The position numbers and the translations under genes are program-made. Below, piece after piece: positions 8,424 to 19,837 of a DNA stretch of 64,000 bases. The stretch is from an uncultured Acidimicrobiia bacterium (GTDB taxonomy: Bacteria > Acidobacteriota > Terriglobia > Versatilivoradales > Versatilivoraceae), in contig CAWBAT010000005.1 in NCBI GenBank assembly GCA_963786955.1, positions 1,408,001-1,472,000 of the forward strand, given 5' to 3'. The notes below the pieces were generated by a model that was given only the letters and a program-made list of their open reading frames with translations, had not been told where the DNA came from and made no database searches. Positions within the stretch are counted from its first letter, which is position 1, and the number at the start of each line of letters is the position of its first letter.

Positions 8424-10864
8424 TTAAACGAGCCTTCTCCATTTCTCGAGGTCCTCTACATCAATTCTGTCGCCCTCTTGCCCGGCCCAAAAGTTAAGGT
8501 ACAATTGATCCCAACCTTTTGTTTCGGCGTAATTCCTGCAATTGAAAGACATCTTCAGACGCATCTCCGGATCATCGACCAATTTCACGATGGCCTCAAC
8601 GACTTGCCTGGAATCACGCCCTTTGGTCACGAAACCGGTCCTTCCATGCTGCACCGTCTCTCGAGGGCCACCTCTGTCTGACACAATGACAGGAACTCCC
8701 GAAGCCATTGCTTCCAGGACCACATTGCCAAAAGTATCTGTCGTGCTGGGAAGACGAAGATATCCGAAGAGGCATAGGCCTGACTCAATTCTTCATCAAA
8801 CAAGAACCCTGTGAATACAACGTTAGGATAAGGGAGAGCCGCCTTCATCTGACCGAGGTAGGGGCCATCACCGACGATGATCAGTACACATTCAGGACGC
8901 TGCTTTGCCAACTCGGCATAAACTTCAGTCAACACATCGAGATCTTTCTCTTTCGCAACCCGGCCCACATAGGTGATCTTGGGTCCACCATTGACTCCAT
9001 ACTTTGCCCAAAAATCTCTATTTCGATATCTGGGATGGAACTGTTCAGTATCCGTGCCGTGAGGAAATAAGCGGAGCTTGGCCGGATCGAATCCCTTCTG
9101 AATTAGCTGATTCCGGTAGAAGCGGGATGGGACATAAACCGCGTCCATTTGTCCGTAGAACCACTGAAGATATTTCCAAGCGGCGTTCTCCATCGAGTCG
9201 TCTTCTGTGTAGTATTGGATGTAGACAGGGAGGTCGGTGTGATAAATTCCTACCAAAGGTAGGTTCAGAAGCTTAGCGGTCGCAAGGGCTGCCAGTCCTG
9301 CCAACCCAGGGGTACTCACAATCAACTCCGTGAATTGCTCGCGTTCACAATACTCAAGAATATCCAGGAATGGGGGGAACGCCAGCGTGATGCTTTCGTT
9401 CTCCGGCAGAGCAAAATGACCGATGGGTTCAAAGTTCTTCACTCTTCCAGGATACGCGGGAGCCGTTTTAGCGAAGGAAATCAAGGTGAGATGATGTCCA
9501 TGCGATTCAGCTTGATGGCACATTTTCTGAACCAGAGTAGTGACTCCATTGACTTCGGTTAACGTGTCCGTAAACCATGCCTTCTTGGACACTGTTTTGG
9601 GATCGGGACGAACCCCCAGAAAGCGTTGACTGACTTCTGAGAGAAATGGTTTATCCCGGTTCTGGTGATAGAACGAAAACAAGTAGGGCGAGATTCCAAA
9701 CAGGATAGGGCCGAGAGCGCTCATGGCTTCGAGGCTGCCGAAAATGCTGCCTGAAGAAAGCTTCTTAACGAATTTCTTGGCAAACTGGAAGAAAAGTCCA
9801 TTCGAAATTTTGCATGCCAGTTCGAAAGTGCGCCGATTCAATTCATCATATCGAGAAGGATCCGCCACAAAATCGTCCTTCAACCAATCCTCCGCAAATA
9901 ATTTTTTTGTCTCTATGGAAACTAATCGTTTGAATTCTTCTTCAGCAGGTTTTTCAGGCCGTCGAATCACTCGCTGGGTGTAATACGAAACCTTGTCTCG
10001 CAGTCTTCCCTGTGGCTTTCCGATGTCAAACACATCCTTCAGAACCTGCTGCAATATATCTGTCCCGCCTTTTGCAAATCGGTCCCGATAGAAGTGATAC
10101 CCAATGCTATACAAACTATGAGCAAAACTAAGTGGGGTGGCATCTAACCCTGCTGCGCTGCCGCAACGGTTCGACACTTCTTCCAAAAATTCCGCATAAG
10201 TGTCGCAGGCATGGCATTCGGTATACCCTTTGGCGACGAAAATCCCACTATGATCGTCAGATCCTCCGGTGAAGCCTTTGATCCAAGGCTGCTCTCCAAA
10301 TGGAATGATCTTGTGACGGGTGGCGATGTCCTGGAACTGCTGGGCGGTCAAATAATGGAGAATGGTCCGTACGAGCTGATTACCCCTCCGGTTCCGGCCA
10401 CCGTTCATTGTTTCAAACACATTGAACAACAAAAGCAGTTTTTCAAAGTGTTCCACAGTGAGACGATCATTGATCCTATAGAGGGGGTGGGCACACGCGT
10501 TCACAATCCCATCAGTATTCAGATAATCCCGAAGCTCATAGATGTTTTGGCGCAAACGTTGGATTTCGTTGAATTGGGATTCACTAATGTTCCAACACAA
10601 GACGTGGACCTTGCAGCCATCTTCCGGGAAGTAGGTCGTGATCTCATTGCTGATAAAGACATCCTTGAGATGGGCAATTTCAAGGGCTCCCTGAATGCAA
10701 TTGTGATCAGAAATCGTGACGAACTGCATGCCGCGCCGTTTGGCGATTTCATAGACGGTTCGGGGCTCGGTATAACACTCTGGAGCGCCAATTCTTCTCA
10801 GGACCCATTCCGTCGGACGATCGGAATACTTTGAATGGACGTGCAGGTCAACTCGTGAAGACAT
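8424..10864 (-). CDS. PHP-domain phosphoesterase fused to a GT4 (GT-B) glycosyltransferase; one -1 frameshift near 8750
   Basis: PHP motifs DLHVHS, ISDHN, H…AHP, GGSDDH; GT4 motifs YHTD, VGRVAKEK, FPS-TTDTFGNVVLEAMASG restored by adding one C to a C-run; RBS aaggag before ATG 10864. Confidence 0.88.
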
Positions 10865-10960
10865 TGGAATATCTCCTTTTCTCTGACTTGCCTCGTTTCC
10901 CAATACCGGAACAATAGAATTCATGACATCGGAATTGTAACAACACCTCGTTGCGTCGGT

Positions 10961-10987
10961 CTTACAGGGGCATGAAGTCTCTGTTAA
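10961..10987 (-). promoter_or_regulatory. Pho-box-like array upstream of PHP-GT4
   Basis: Minus strand TTAAC agagac TTCAT gcccct GTAAG, 11 bp period. Confidence 0.6.
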
Positions 10988-11186
10988 CAACGAGTGTGTC
11001 CCGTAACAATTCACGTCATTGAATTGGAAAGGGATGCGCGCGTTGAAATTCTAAATCTGCGCTTGGGAAGAAAAAAGTATAGGGGCGCAAGGGCCCCCTT
11101 AATTTTTGTTTTGCAGTTTATAGGCAATTCGGAAGAATCACTTGGGCGAGACCAGCATGAAAGCAGATGGGAACAGCAGGGATCCA

Positions 11187-12101
11187 CTACTCCTTAATTC
11201 GTGGAGCGTTCTCAAATCGAGGATTGAAAGCGACGAATTTCTGCGCGTTATTAAAGTAAATGGTTTGGAAGAAATTCGTCGGCAGTAGACCATTCTCTAT
11301 CCGGTACATCGACAATTTACTATCTGGTGCAAGCTGAACACGAAGGTTTCGAAGCGTGTTGCCTCCTATCTTGAACGATCGAAACGTGCCATGGCTCACA
11401 AAGCCTCGTCCCACGACCGTCTGCAAAGGCTCTGGATCGCTGACGGAGTTCATGTCGAATCCCAGTCCCTTGAAGTCACTTCCAAACAAGACGATGCCTT
11501 TAGCTCCAGAGTCCAGGGAGAAAAGTGAAGGGCGGCTTTCATGAGACTGGGGGGGAATTAATACCAATTTACGTTGGGCAGAATCTAGGAGTATGTATAC
11601 TCCTCCGGACAAGCTCTGAGCAAATTCCTCATTCTCTTCGAAGGTAATGGTTTGTGATTGATAGTCCAAAATGAAATTGAACTTCGTCAGAAAATCCTGT
11701 CCCAAGATTCCTTTGACTTGTATCCCTTGAATTTCGGGACCACCATGCGCGAGAACATCCAGATAGTCCACATGCTGGGAGCCCAGTCTAAAGTTTTCTA
11801 TGCGAAAACAAGGAACGACCATTGACCCCGTGGCAGTCAATAACTGATACCGGCGAGCTTCCTTACCGCCGAGTCTGGTAATCAGGGATGGATCGATAAA
11901 GGTAAGAGCTGATCCCGTATCCAAAACAAGGTCATAAGGCCCCGAACCATTGATGGTTACAGGAACAACGATCCAATGACCTGCGACGAGGCGGAAAGGG
12001 ACAGGGGTGCCGGAAAACGAGACAAATACGCAGAGAAACAGACAGGCTGTTATCAAGCCCGCGACTTTAACGAAAATCGATGAGGATGGCTGGAAACACA
12101 T
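11187..12101 (-). CDS. Exported retropepsin-like aspartyl protease with two domains
   Basis: Signal/TM segment; LDTGS and LDSGA motifs; GILGQDFL, GLLPTNFF. Confidence 0.85.
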   Translation of the reverse strand: MCFQPSSSIFVKVAGLITACLFLCVFVSFSGTPVPFRLVAGHWIVVPVTINGSGPYDLVLDTGSALTFIDPSLITRLGGKEARRYQLLTATGSMVVPCFRIENFRLGSQHVDYLDVLAHGGPEIQGIQVKGILGQDFLTKFNFILDYQSQTITFEENEEFAQSLSGGVYILLDSAQRKLVLIPPQSHESRPSLFSLDSGAKGIVLFGSDFKGLGFDMNSVSDPEPLQTVVGRGFVSHGTFRSFKIGGNTLRNLRVQLAPDSKLSMYRIENGLLPTNFFQTIYFNNAQKFVAFNPRFENAPRIKE

Positions 12102-12191
12102 CCTAAACTCCTTCCTTCTGGAGTCCTTAACCAGCTCACCTTCTGTTTCGATTTAATGATAGGGAATCTTTAGACGATATGCATTAAGAAA

Positions 12192-12229
12192 ATAACAAAG
12201 AATTAACGTGTCGTTAATAGGATTTTAAT
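12192..12229. promoter_or_regulatory. Pho-box-like four-unit array, orientation ambiguous
   Basis: ATAAC aaagaa TTAAC gtgtcg TTAAT aggatt TTAAT; the TTAA cores read on both strands. Confidence 0.55.
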
Positions 12230-12851
12230 AGAGTAGAGGTCACTGATGTCTAATCGGAATGTTGGGGCTATGGGTAAGCTCACTTGGAGGTATGGTAGGG
12301 TTGAATCGCAAACGCAAAACCAAGAATATTAATCTTCCATCATTGTTGGTCTCCAGCCTGCCTCATACTGGGGCATTGGTCGAAGCAACCTATCGTCGAG
12401 CCTTGAGGTCACCGTATCGCTTCTTCCCCAAGCGAGATCAACTCGTCTGGCTGTTTCGAATCTTGTTAGATCTGATGGACATGAACGAAAGCCGGGGGTC
12501 TCTCCAAGAAGTCTCCGACAGACAAACTAGCAGGAAACAAACTGCGGCGAATTTTTCCTAAGCACCAGCCTCAACAGTGGGTTGTAAATTCCGTGGAGCG
12601 TGCCAAGGTTGACAGGATCTATGGAGCAATGTATCTGCATTTAGCGGATCATGCCATTTCCCACTTCCGTCGCCCGATTCAGAGCAAGGGGATGTAACGG
12701 TGGGAGCATTTTCGCGCCTATCGGTTGATCCAAGGTCCTAGCGCGTAGAAGTTCAGAGCAGGGGAATCATCAAGCTGGTGACTTTATTTTAAATTTCGGG
12801 AAGGGAGTTTGGTGGCTCCCTTCCCCACAAAGATGCTATGGTTTGAATGCT

Positions 12852-14833
12852 TTACTTCAGTCCGGGCAGTGCCCCGTTCTCGGTCCCGATGTAGCCGATC
12901 GCGGATTTCTTTCTGTTGTCCCACTTGGTGCTGACCACGGGTAATACGGAATTCTCGAGAGCTTTCCCGGCAGTAGTGGCTGACTTGATCTGATCTTCTT
13001 CGCCCGAGTGCTGGAAATTGCCCAGAATGTATGCAAACCCATTCAGATCTTCGACTACTTGCAGCCCGGTAGCCTCGGCGTACATCGGTACAGACAGGAT
13101 ACGGGAAAGCTTGCGGTGTCGATGTTAAATGCCCAGACGTAGCTATTGTTACGTCGGCTGGTGTCCTCGCCGATAAACAAGGTGCGAATATTCTCCGCAT
13201 ACTTGAGGTTGTCACCGCCGCAGACCTTATCCTGTTCGCAGCGGTTACCTTCTGCATCCCGGCTGTCTACTTTCCCGTCCGCGCTGTCCAATGCGGGTGC
13301 GATCGGCCAGCCACCTAGCAGTTCGGGAATGCTAGCCATGTTCTTGGCCACGTAACCGCTCCAGATCCAATTGCCATCCGTGTCCTTTTGCCAACCTCTC
13401 AGTTCCAACTCATAAACAGCGCCCCCATCGTTGCGGGCGAGGCGGATGTCGTTCTGGGGATCGGAGGAGGTATCCAGCATGCCTGTCTCGACTCGGGAGA
13501 TTACTACATAGGCCTTCTTGTCTTCGGCATTGTGGGTGACGCCCTCCATCTTGGAAACCGAGCGGTGGCGCCCAACAAGGCGGCATAGCGACGGGTTTCC
13601 AGGAAGGCGGCGGCTTTCTCCATGCCCGACTTGAGCTTTAGCCATTCCGTGCCCGAGTAGGTGATGACCTTTTTATAAGTGGAATCTCCTGGGTCTGTAT
13701 TGCTGACTAGGAACATGTCGCTAAACTTAATGCCACTATCCACGATTGCCTTGATTTCCTCGTCAGAGGCATGGCCCAACCTGATCCAGCTCAGGTCGGC
13801 GCTTCCACCGTTGACAGCGCTTGTCTGGCTCCATTTGGCTGCGTACAGGGTGCCCATGGATAAATCGCCCCAGCTGTCTGCGACAAACATGAATAGACCC
13901 GTGTAACCTCCATCGTCGCCCATGTAGACAGTACGCCAGTCAGGCTGCACATCCGCCAGTTCGCGTGCAATGCGCCCAAGTGCATAGTGCTTCACGACGC
14001 TGGCAGAGCCGTTCCGATTCACTGTCACCTCGGGTACCAAGCCATAGTGGTAGGGATTGGCCTTTGTCTTGTCGCCGAAGTAGTATTGGCTGAAGCTATT
14101 GATGTCGGTGGTATCGTTGGTGCCGCTGGCGGCGGCGATGCCCTCACGAGTCTTGGCATCTGGCTCGTACTCTTCGGACCCCAGGTGGGTATTCCAAGGC
14201 GAGAGGGAAGCGGCGCAGTGGATCCATCCTCCATTGACGTCGGCAAAACTGATGTTGTCGTAGTCCACCACTTCAAGCACTCCCGTCCGCTTATCTTGAT
14301 CTAATTTGGTTAGACCCATGGCGGCCGGAGATCTCCACCATTGGCTGGCATAGGGAGAGGTGAAGTTGGGTAGTTTGGTGGCTGTTCCCGGTATTCGAAG
14401 TGGGTCACCATCGCCAGTCCCCGGTTCTTCGAAGGGCTGGCTGCCTGCCAGCCGGGGATTTCCATCAGGGAGTTGCCATCTGGCGAATCAGAGGCCATCT
14501 GTCCGCTGTTGTCTGTGATGGGAGGTTGTAAACATCAAACAGACCACCAACAACCTTCCCGTTAATCTCATCCGTTGTCCCCATCAGCATGTGGTACTTG
14601 AGAGTAATTGTCTTCGATTTCCCATTCCGGTAGGTGACGATCATCTGTGCCTTGGTGTAGATGTCGGCCTTTTCGTCAACTGAGGACGGCGCTGTCATCC
14701 CGATGAACTCAACAGACTTAACAGGCGCCGAAATGACCATTGATGATGGCGATTCAGCCGCTAGGATTGAAGGTGCCATCACTACACTGAGTGCGGAAGA
14801 CATAGCATGTACAAAGAGCTTCTTGAGTCTCAC
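12852..14833 (-). CDS. phoX: PhoX-family (DUF839) alkaline phosphatase, split by several frameshifts
   Basis: Fragments 14465..14941, 14310..14498, 13504..14319, 13055..13645, 12852..13085; motifs HCAASLSPWNTHLGSEEYE, LGRIARE, YMGDDG, KMEG, LFIGED, AEATG, NFQH; GTG start after aaggagg; signal peptide. Confidence 0.85.
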
Positions 14834-14977
14834 AGAAACCTCCTTTTGTTGCGCTGGTTTCGAAGCCGAGGGCTTCGATTGGTGGAAATATAATTTACGT
14901 GCCTTGGTTGTGAGCGAGGGGAACGACGCTGTTCCCCCCACACCACTGTCAGACGCCCATTAACTTAGACTGATCTC

Positions 14978-15015
14978 TTTACAGGAGTATGAAATGGCCG
15001 TTAATTATTCGTGAA
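14978..15015 (-). promoter_or_regulatory. Pho-box array upstream of phoX
   Basis: Minus strand TTCAC gaataa TTAAC ggccat TTCAT actcct GTAAA. Confidence 0.75.
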
Positions 15016-15103
15016 TAGGAGGTTGCCAAGTAAAAAGCCTGAATCGAGCTCCACACCCGTTTCTGGTTCGCAGAGTCTATTGGGAGTGTTTTCAAGATGG
15101 GCT

Positions 15104-15141
15104 GTCACCCACGTTTCATCTGCAATTCACTTGAATTTAAC
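15104..15141 (+). promoter_or_regulatory. Pho-box array oriented toward sthA
   Basis: ctGTCAC ccacgt TTCAT ctgcaa TTCAC ttgaat TTAAC. Confidence 0.7.
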
Positions 15142-15238
15142 TTGAAGGCCAGAGAGCGGCAGGCATATGATCAGCACGCTAATTTTCCAATCTGAAACTA
15201 GGCATTAAGTTGATTTCCTTTTGAATGGACTGGTGAGC

Positions 15239-16629
15239 ATGCAATCGTACGATCTTATTGTTATCGGGTCCGGTCCGGCTGGACAGCGCGCAGCTATTCA
15301 GGGAGCAAAGTGCGGCAAACGCGTGGCCTTGGTTGAGAAGCGGGCAGTGATTGGCGGGACTTGCATCAATACGGGCACCATCCCAAGCAAGACGATGCGG
15401 GAGGCCGTCTTACACCTGTCTGGTTTCCACTATCAACAGCTCTACGGTGTCAACTATCGGGTGAAAGAAAAGATCACGATGGCAGACCTCGCCTTCAGAG
15501 TGCAGCACGTGATCAAGAGTGAAATCGATGTGACCCAGGCTCAGCTTTCTCGCAACGGGATCGAAGTTCTGGTTGGTACTGCCAGCTTTGTGGATGCCAC
15601 CCACGTTCGCATCCACGATTCTCATGGACAACAGTCAGAATATGAGGCTCAAGTGATCATTGTTGCCACTGGAACCCGACCAGCCTCTTCTCCGAAAGTC
15701 CCGTTTAATAATCGAAACATCATCAACAGTGATCAAATCCTGGGAATGCCGGACATGCCAAAAACGATGATCGTCGTGGGGGGAGGAGTCATCGGAGTGG
15801 AATATACTTGCATGTTTGCCACTCTCGGTGTTCGAGTGATTCTGGTTGAAAAGCGCCCTCGGCTTTTGGAATTTGCGGATACTGAGATGGTTGAGGCTCT
15901 CACTTACCATTTGAGAGACCATCGGGTCACTCTCCGGCTGAATGAAGAAGTGGAAAGCGTCGAAGAGACGCCCGAGGGGGCAGTAGTCGCTAATCTGGAG
16001 AGCAAAAAGAAGATTTCAGGCGATGCCCTTCTTTTCGCCGTGGGCCGACAGGGAAACACGGACGAATTGAATCTTTCTGCCGCCGGCATCGCAACGGATG
16101 CGCGAGGAGGATCTCAGTTGACGCCAGTTACCGAACCAACCAGCCCCACATTTATGCGGCGGGAGACATTATCGGATTCCCTAGTCTGGCTTCCGTTTCC
16201 ATGGAACAGGGGCGCATTGCCGCCGCCCATGCGTTTGGTCTAACGGTTCATTCCAATCCCGCCACTTACCCGTACGGGATCTACACCATCCCCGAGATTT
16301 CCTTCATCGGCAAGACGGAAGAACAACTCACGGATGAGGACGTTCCCTATGAAGTGGGGATTGCTTACTATCGTGAAATCGCCCGCGGGCAAATTCGTGG
16401 AGACACTACCGGACGATTAAAGCTGATTTTTCATCGGGAGACCAAAGAGCTTTTGGGCGTCCATATCATTGGAGAGGGAGCCTCCGAGATACTGCATATC
16501 GGTCAGGCAGTGATGATTCTGAAAGGCGGGATTGAGTATTTCGTGAATACCGTATTCAACTTTCCGACCCTGGCAGAATGCTACAAGGCGGCAGCCTTTA
16601 ATGGGTTGAACAAGCTAGCCAAACTCTAA
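15239..16629 (+). CDS. sthA: Soluble pyridine nucleotide transhydrogenase; frameshift near 16110
   Basis: [19 protein letters not shown] (single-Cys motif typical of SthA), [23 protein letters not shown]. Confidence 0.9.
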
Positions 16630-16646
16630 ACCCCGGGAGGAAACCT

Positions 16647-17087
16647 ATGCTACGAAGCATCGGCGTACTAGCAACAGACCATATCGCAGTCGGTTTGGTT
16701 GAGGAACACCATGTAGTGGGGCTTGTGCTTGTTTATCCCGAGAGGGGGGATGACCAGGAAGCTTTGCAAGGCATGCCGGCTGAAGACATCGGGAAGTGTA
16801 TTCGGGAACAAATTGAACGAGTTGGAAAAGGCCATGAGATTCAAGTGGTGGGCGTGGGCTTTCCCGGAATCACACAAGATGGCATCATCGAAGAATCTCC
16901 GAATCTTCAGCAGGTAAAGGGGCTCAATCTGCAAGCAATCTTGTCCTCTGCTTCACTCAAGAATGGAGTTTCTGTTCCAGTGCGGATCTTTAATGACGCT
17001 GACGTCATGGCGGCCGACATCGCTGCTACGGCTAGGTGCTATTCATCCGACATTACAGTCTGGCAGCCCTTCAAACCCTATATTTGA
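16647..17087 (+). pseudogene. N-terminal half of a ROK-family sugar kinase, truncated
   Basis: GVGFPG, ESPNL, FNDAD; similarity ends near 17030 and the frame runs into the convergent gene. Confidence 0.75.
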
Positions 17088-17919
17088 TCAGCAGGACTTC
17101 ATTCCCGGCTTCATTGTAAATGACTTCGTCCACCATCTCCCTGGCCATTAGAAGTCCGAACCCGCCTGGGCGCATTCCACGAGCTGTCCGGAAATCCATG
17201 TGTTTGGTAGGGTCATCGAGAGGATTTGAAATAGCGGCGTGCGGCAAAGAATCACGCCGAAATCCGCGCCCTGGGTCACGAAAGAAATAAACAATGGCGC
17301 GCCCGGTGCGAACCGCTGCGACTTCGACCACCTTTTCTGGATCGAAACCTGCACCGTGCTCCATCGCATTCAGGAGAATCTCGCGGAACGCTGTCATGAG
17401 CTGGAAACGTTCTTGATCCGGGCTGTTGGCCAATAACTCGTTCATAAAAGTCGTTAAGCGTTCGGCCGTTAGTAATCGGCATGCCACCCGCAACTCAATC
17501 CAATCGGGCTGTGCTGACATCACTTCGATGTCGTTCCGCCAGTCAACTTCTTCCTGCGCACGTTTTACCATCGCCGTTATCGCCTTGAGGTCAAATGGAG
17601 CGCTAAAACAGGAGAACACCTGTGCCCGCAAGGCTGCGATCACATCGTCAGGAGTTGTCTCAGGAGCCAGCAGAATTGTTCTCACTCCTGGCCGGATGCG
17701 ACGCATCTCTTCAAGCAAAGCCAGGTCTTCTTTAGGCAAAGTCTGTGGACTGGTCAGTACAACCTCAAATGAACGTTGTCGCAGAAGCTGTAGAGCCTTC
17801 GCTTCTCCACAAGCGACCTCAACGTCACAATTCTGAGGGGCCAAATTCTCCGTTAACCAGGAACTCTCCCCCGGAGTAACCTCTATTACCAAGACCCTCT
17901 GGACGTTTGTTTTACCCAT
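17071..17919 (-). CDS. Atypical receiver + RsbW-like HATPase (anti-sigma/switch kinase) fusion
   Basis: Degenerate REC; EILLNAMEHG, RDPGRGF, RPGGFGLLMAREMVDEV, GNEV. Confidence 0.85.
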   Translation of the reverse strand: MGKTNVQRVLVIEVTPGESSWLTENLAPQNCDVEVACGEAKALQLLRQRSFEVVLTSPQTLPKEDLALLEEMRRIRPGVRTILLAPETTPDDVIAALRAQVFSCFSAPFDLKAITAMVKRAQEEVDWRNDIEVMSAQPDWIELRVACRLLTAERLTTFMNELLANSPDQERFQLMTAFREILLNAMEHGAGFDPEKVVEVAAVRTGRAIVYFFRDPGRGFRRDSLPHAAISNPLDDPTKHMDFRTARGMRPGGFGLLMAREMVDEVIYNEAGNEVLLIKYRV

Positions 17920-18619
17920 AGTGGACGGTCAATCGATTGCATCAAAGTGTTCTTATTTACGACAGTGCCTTGGAACCCTTCAAGCGGATTAGCTAGATCA
18001 TCAAAGCGTGCTTCCGCAGATTAAAGTTGGTGAATTCCCCTCTTCGCCTTCTAAGAAAGTACTAATACCCAATTTAGACCCAACCAGGAATTCGTGATTC
18101 CAAGTTCACCTGTAACATGGTGTTGTCGAAATTTTTATACGAATTTTACCCACAATTGCTGACGGAAGCACCAGGCAAGGATCCGCATCTCTTGTGTGGC
18201 TTATACGTGGGACACCTTAATTTTAACGAATTCAAGGGCTCTGAATCACCAGAGGGAAGTGGTTTCTACACTCCCCTTTGAGGAGGACTGGTGCTACAGC
18301 CGCTTGTTCTTGAAATTAAGAATCCGTTAACTTACTTGATGAAAACCAAACAATATTATAGCGGGTGGCGAGTCCGCCGACACATATCAACTTTACGCCA
18401 TCGCCTGACTCAAACACCATGCAATCTGGAAATAGCCTGAGCGACGTTGAGAGCGAAAACAGAGCAATCATAGAATGAATAGTCATCGATCAATCGGTTA
18501 TTACGGAATAACAAAGTCATTGGCCTGCTTAAGCTACCAATTCGATTTGTAAGATTTCGGCGAGGAACGCAGTCTGGCAGGAATGCTGACTTCAGGGTAT
18601 CCACGACGGGAGCCTCCGA

Positions 18620-19721
18620 TGATTCGAGCGTTGAAAAGTTCGCCTCTCCTTTCACAAAGCCTCCGGGCCATGCGCCTGGAGATGGGCATGAAGAAATTCG
18701 TAACCCTTCCCAGTGGAGATGAACGGGTCTGAATCACTTGCGCTGACGATCGCCCCAATGACGTATTGATGCGGGAAATCGAGGACCTGGAAAAATTCCT
18801 TGCTCAACACCGTCCTGAATGGTCAGTCGTCCGCTGGATTAATGTCGCTGGTTTGTCGGACATGACAGTCGTTCACGCTTTGGCTACCAAGTATGAATTT
18901 CACCCCCTGGCCATCGAGGATCTTCTCCAGGTGACACAACGGCCGAAAGTCGAGCGATATGGGGGTGATGACAGTGAGATGCGGGCTCGATCGTTCGTCA
19001 TCGTCCGGATGGTGCAAATCAAGGAAGAGCGCCTGCACAGCGAACATATCTCACTGTTCCTCGGCCACAAGACCGTCTTGATGTTCCAGGAAAGGCAAGG
19101 AGATGTTTGGGATGCGATTCGACAGCGCCTGAACGTCAAGGGTTCCTGCCTGCGGAAGAATGACGCCAGATTCCTGATGTATTCACTGACTGGACGCTAT
19201 TGTCGACCACTGCTTCTCGATTCTGGAAGACGATGGCGAACGCTTGGAGGAGCTCGAAAACCTCGTACTTGACCGATCGCTGCGCAATCTTATCGAAGAA
19301 ATTCATCGTATGAAGCGCGAGCTGCTGCGGCTGCGCCGGGGGGCATGGCCCATGCGGGAAGTGGTCTCGACGCTGCAACGCGAGCCGCATGAGTGCATGA
19401 GCAGCGACACTCACGTTTATCTGCGCGATCTTTACGATCATGTCGCGCAGATCATCGACATCATCGAAACTTATCGCGAAATGGGCACCGGATGGACCGA
19501 GAACCTACATGCCTGCTGCCTCCAATCGCATGAACGAGGTCATCAAGGCGTCGACGATCATGGGCACCATCTTCATTCCTCTCACCTTCCTGGCTGGGAT
19601 TTACGGTATGAATTTCGCTGACATTCCCGAACTCAAATGGCACTGGGGCTATCCAGCCTTCTGGGCCGTCTGCGTCACATTGTCTGGTGTGATGTTGGCG
19701 CTGTTCAAGCGTCGTGGATAG
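18620..19721 (+). pseudogene. corA: CorA-family Mg2+/divalent cation transporter, disrupted (start approximate)
   Basis: WINVAGL, HPLAIED, QRPKVE, YLRDLYDH, GIYGMNF, PELKW; in-frame TGA near 18730 plus frameshifts near 19195 and 19505. Confidence 0.8.
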
Positions 19722-19837
19722 CTTTGATCCTAAAGATTTCAAGATTTCATCAGCACCTCGACTGAGTTATGATTTCCGCGTTCTCCCTTCCTGTGATTAG
19801 ATAGAGTACCGTAACGCGAGCAGAATGACAGGACCCC

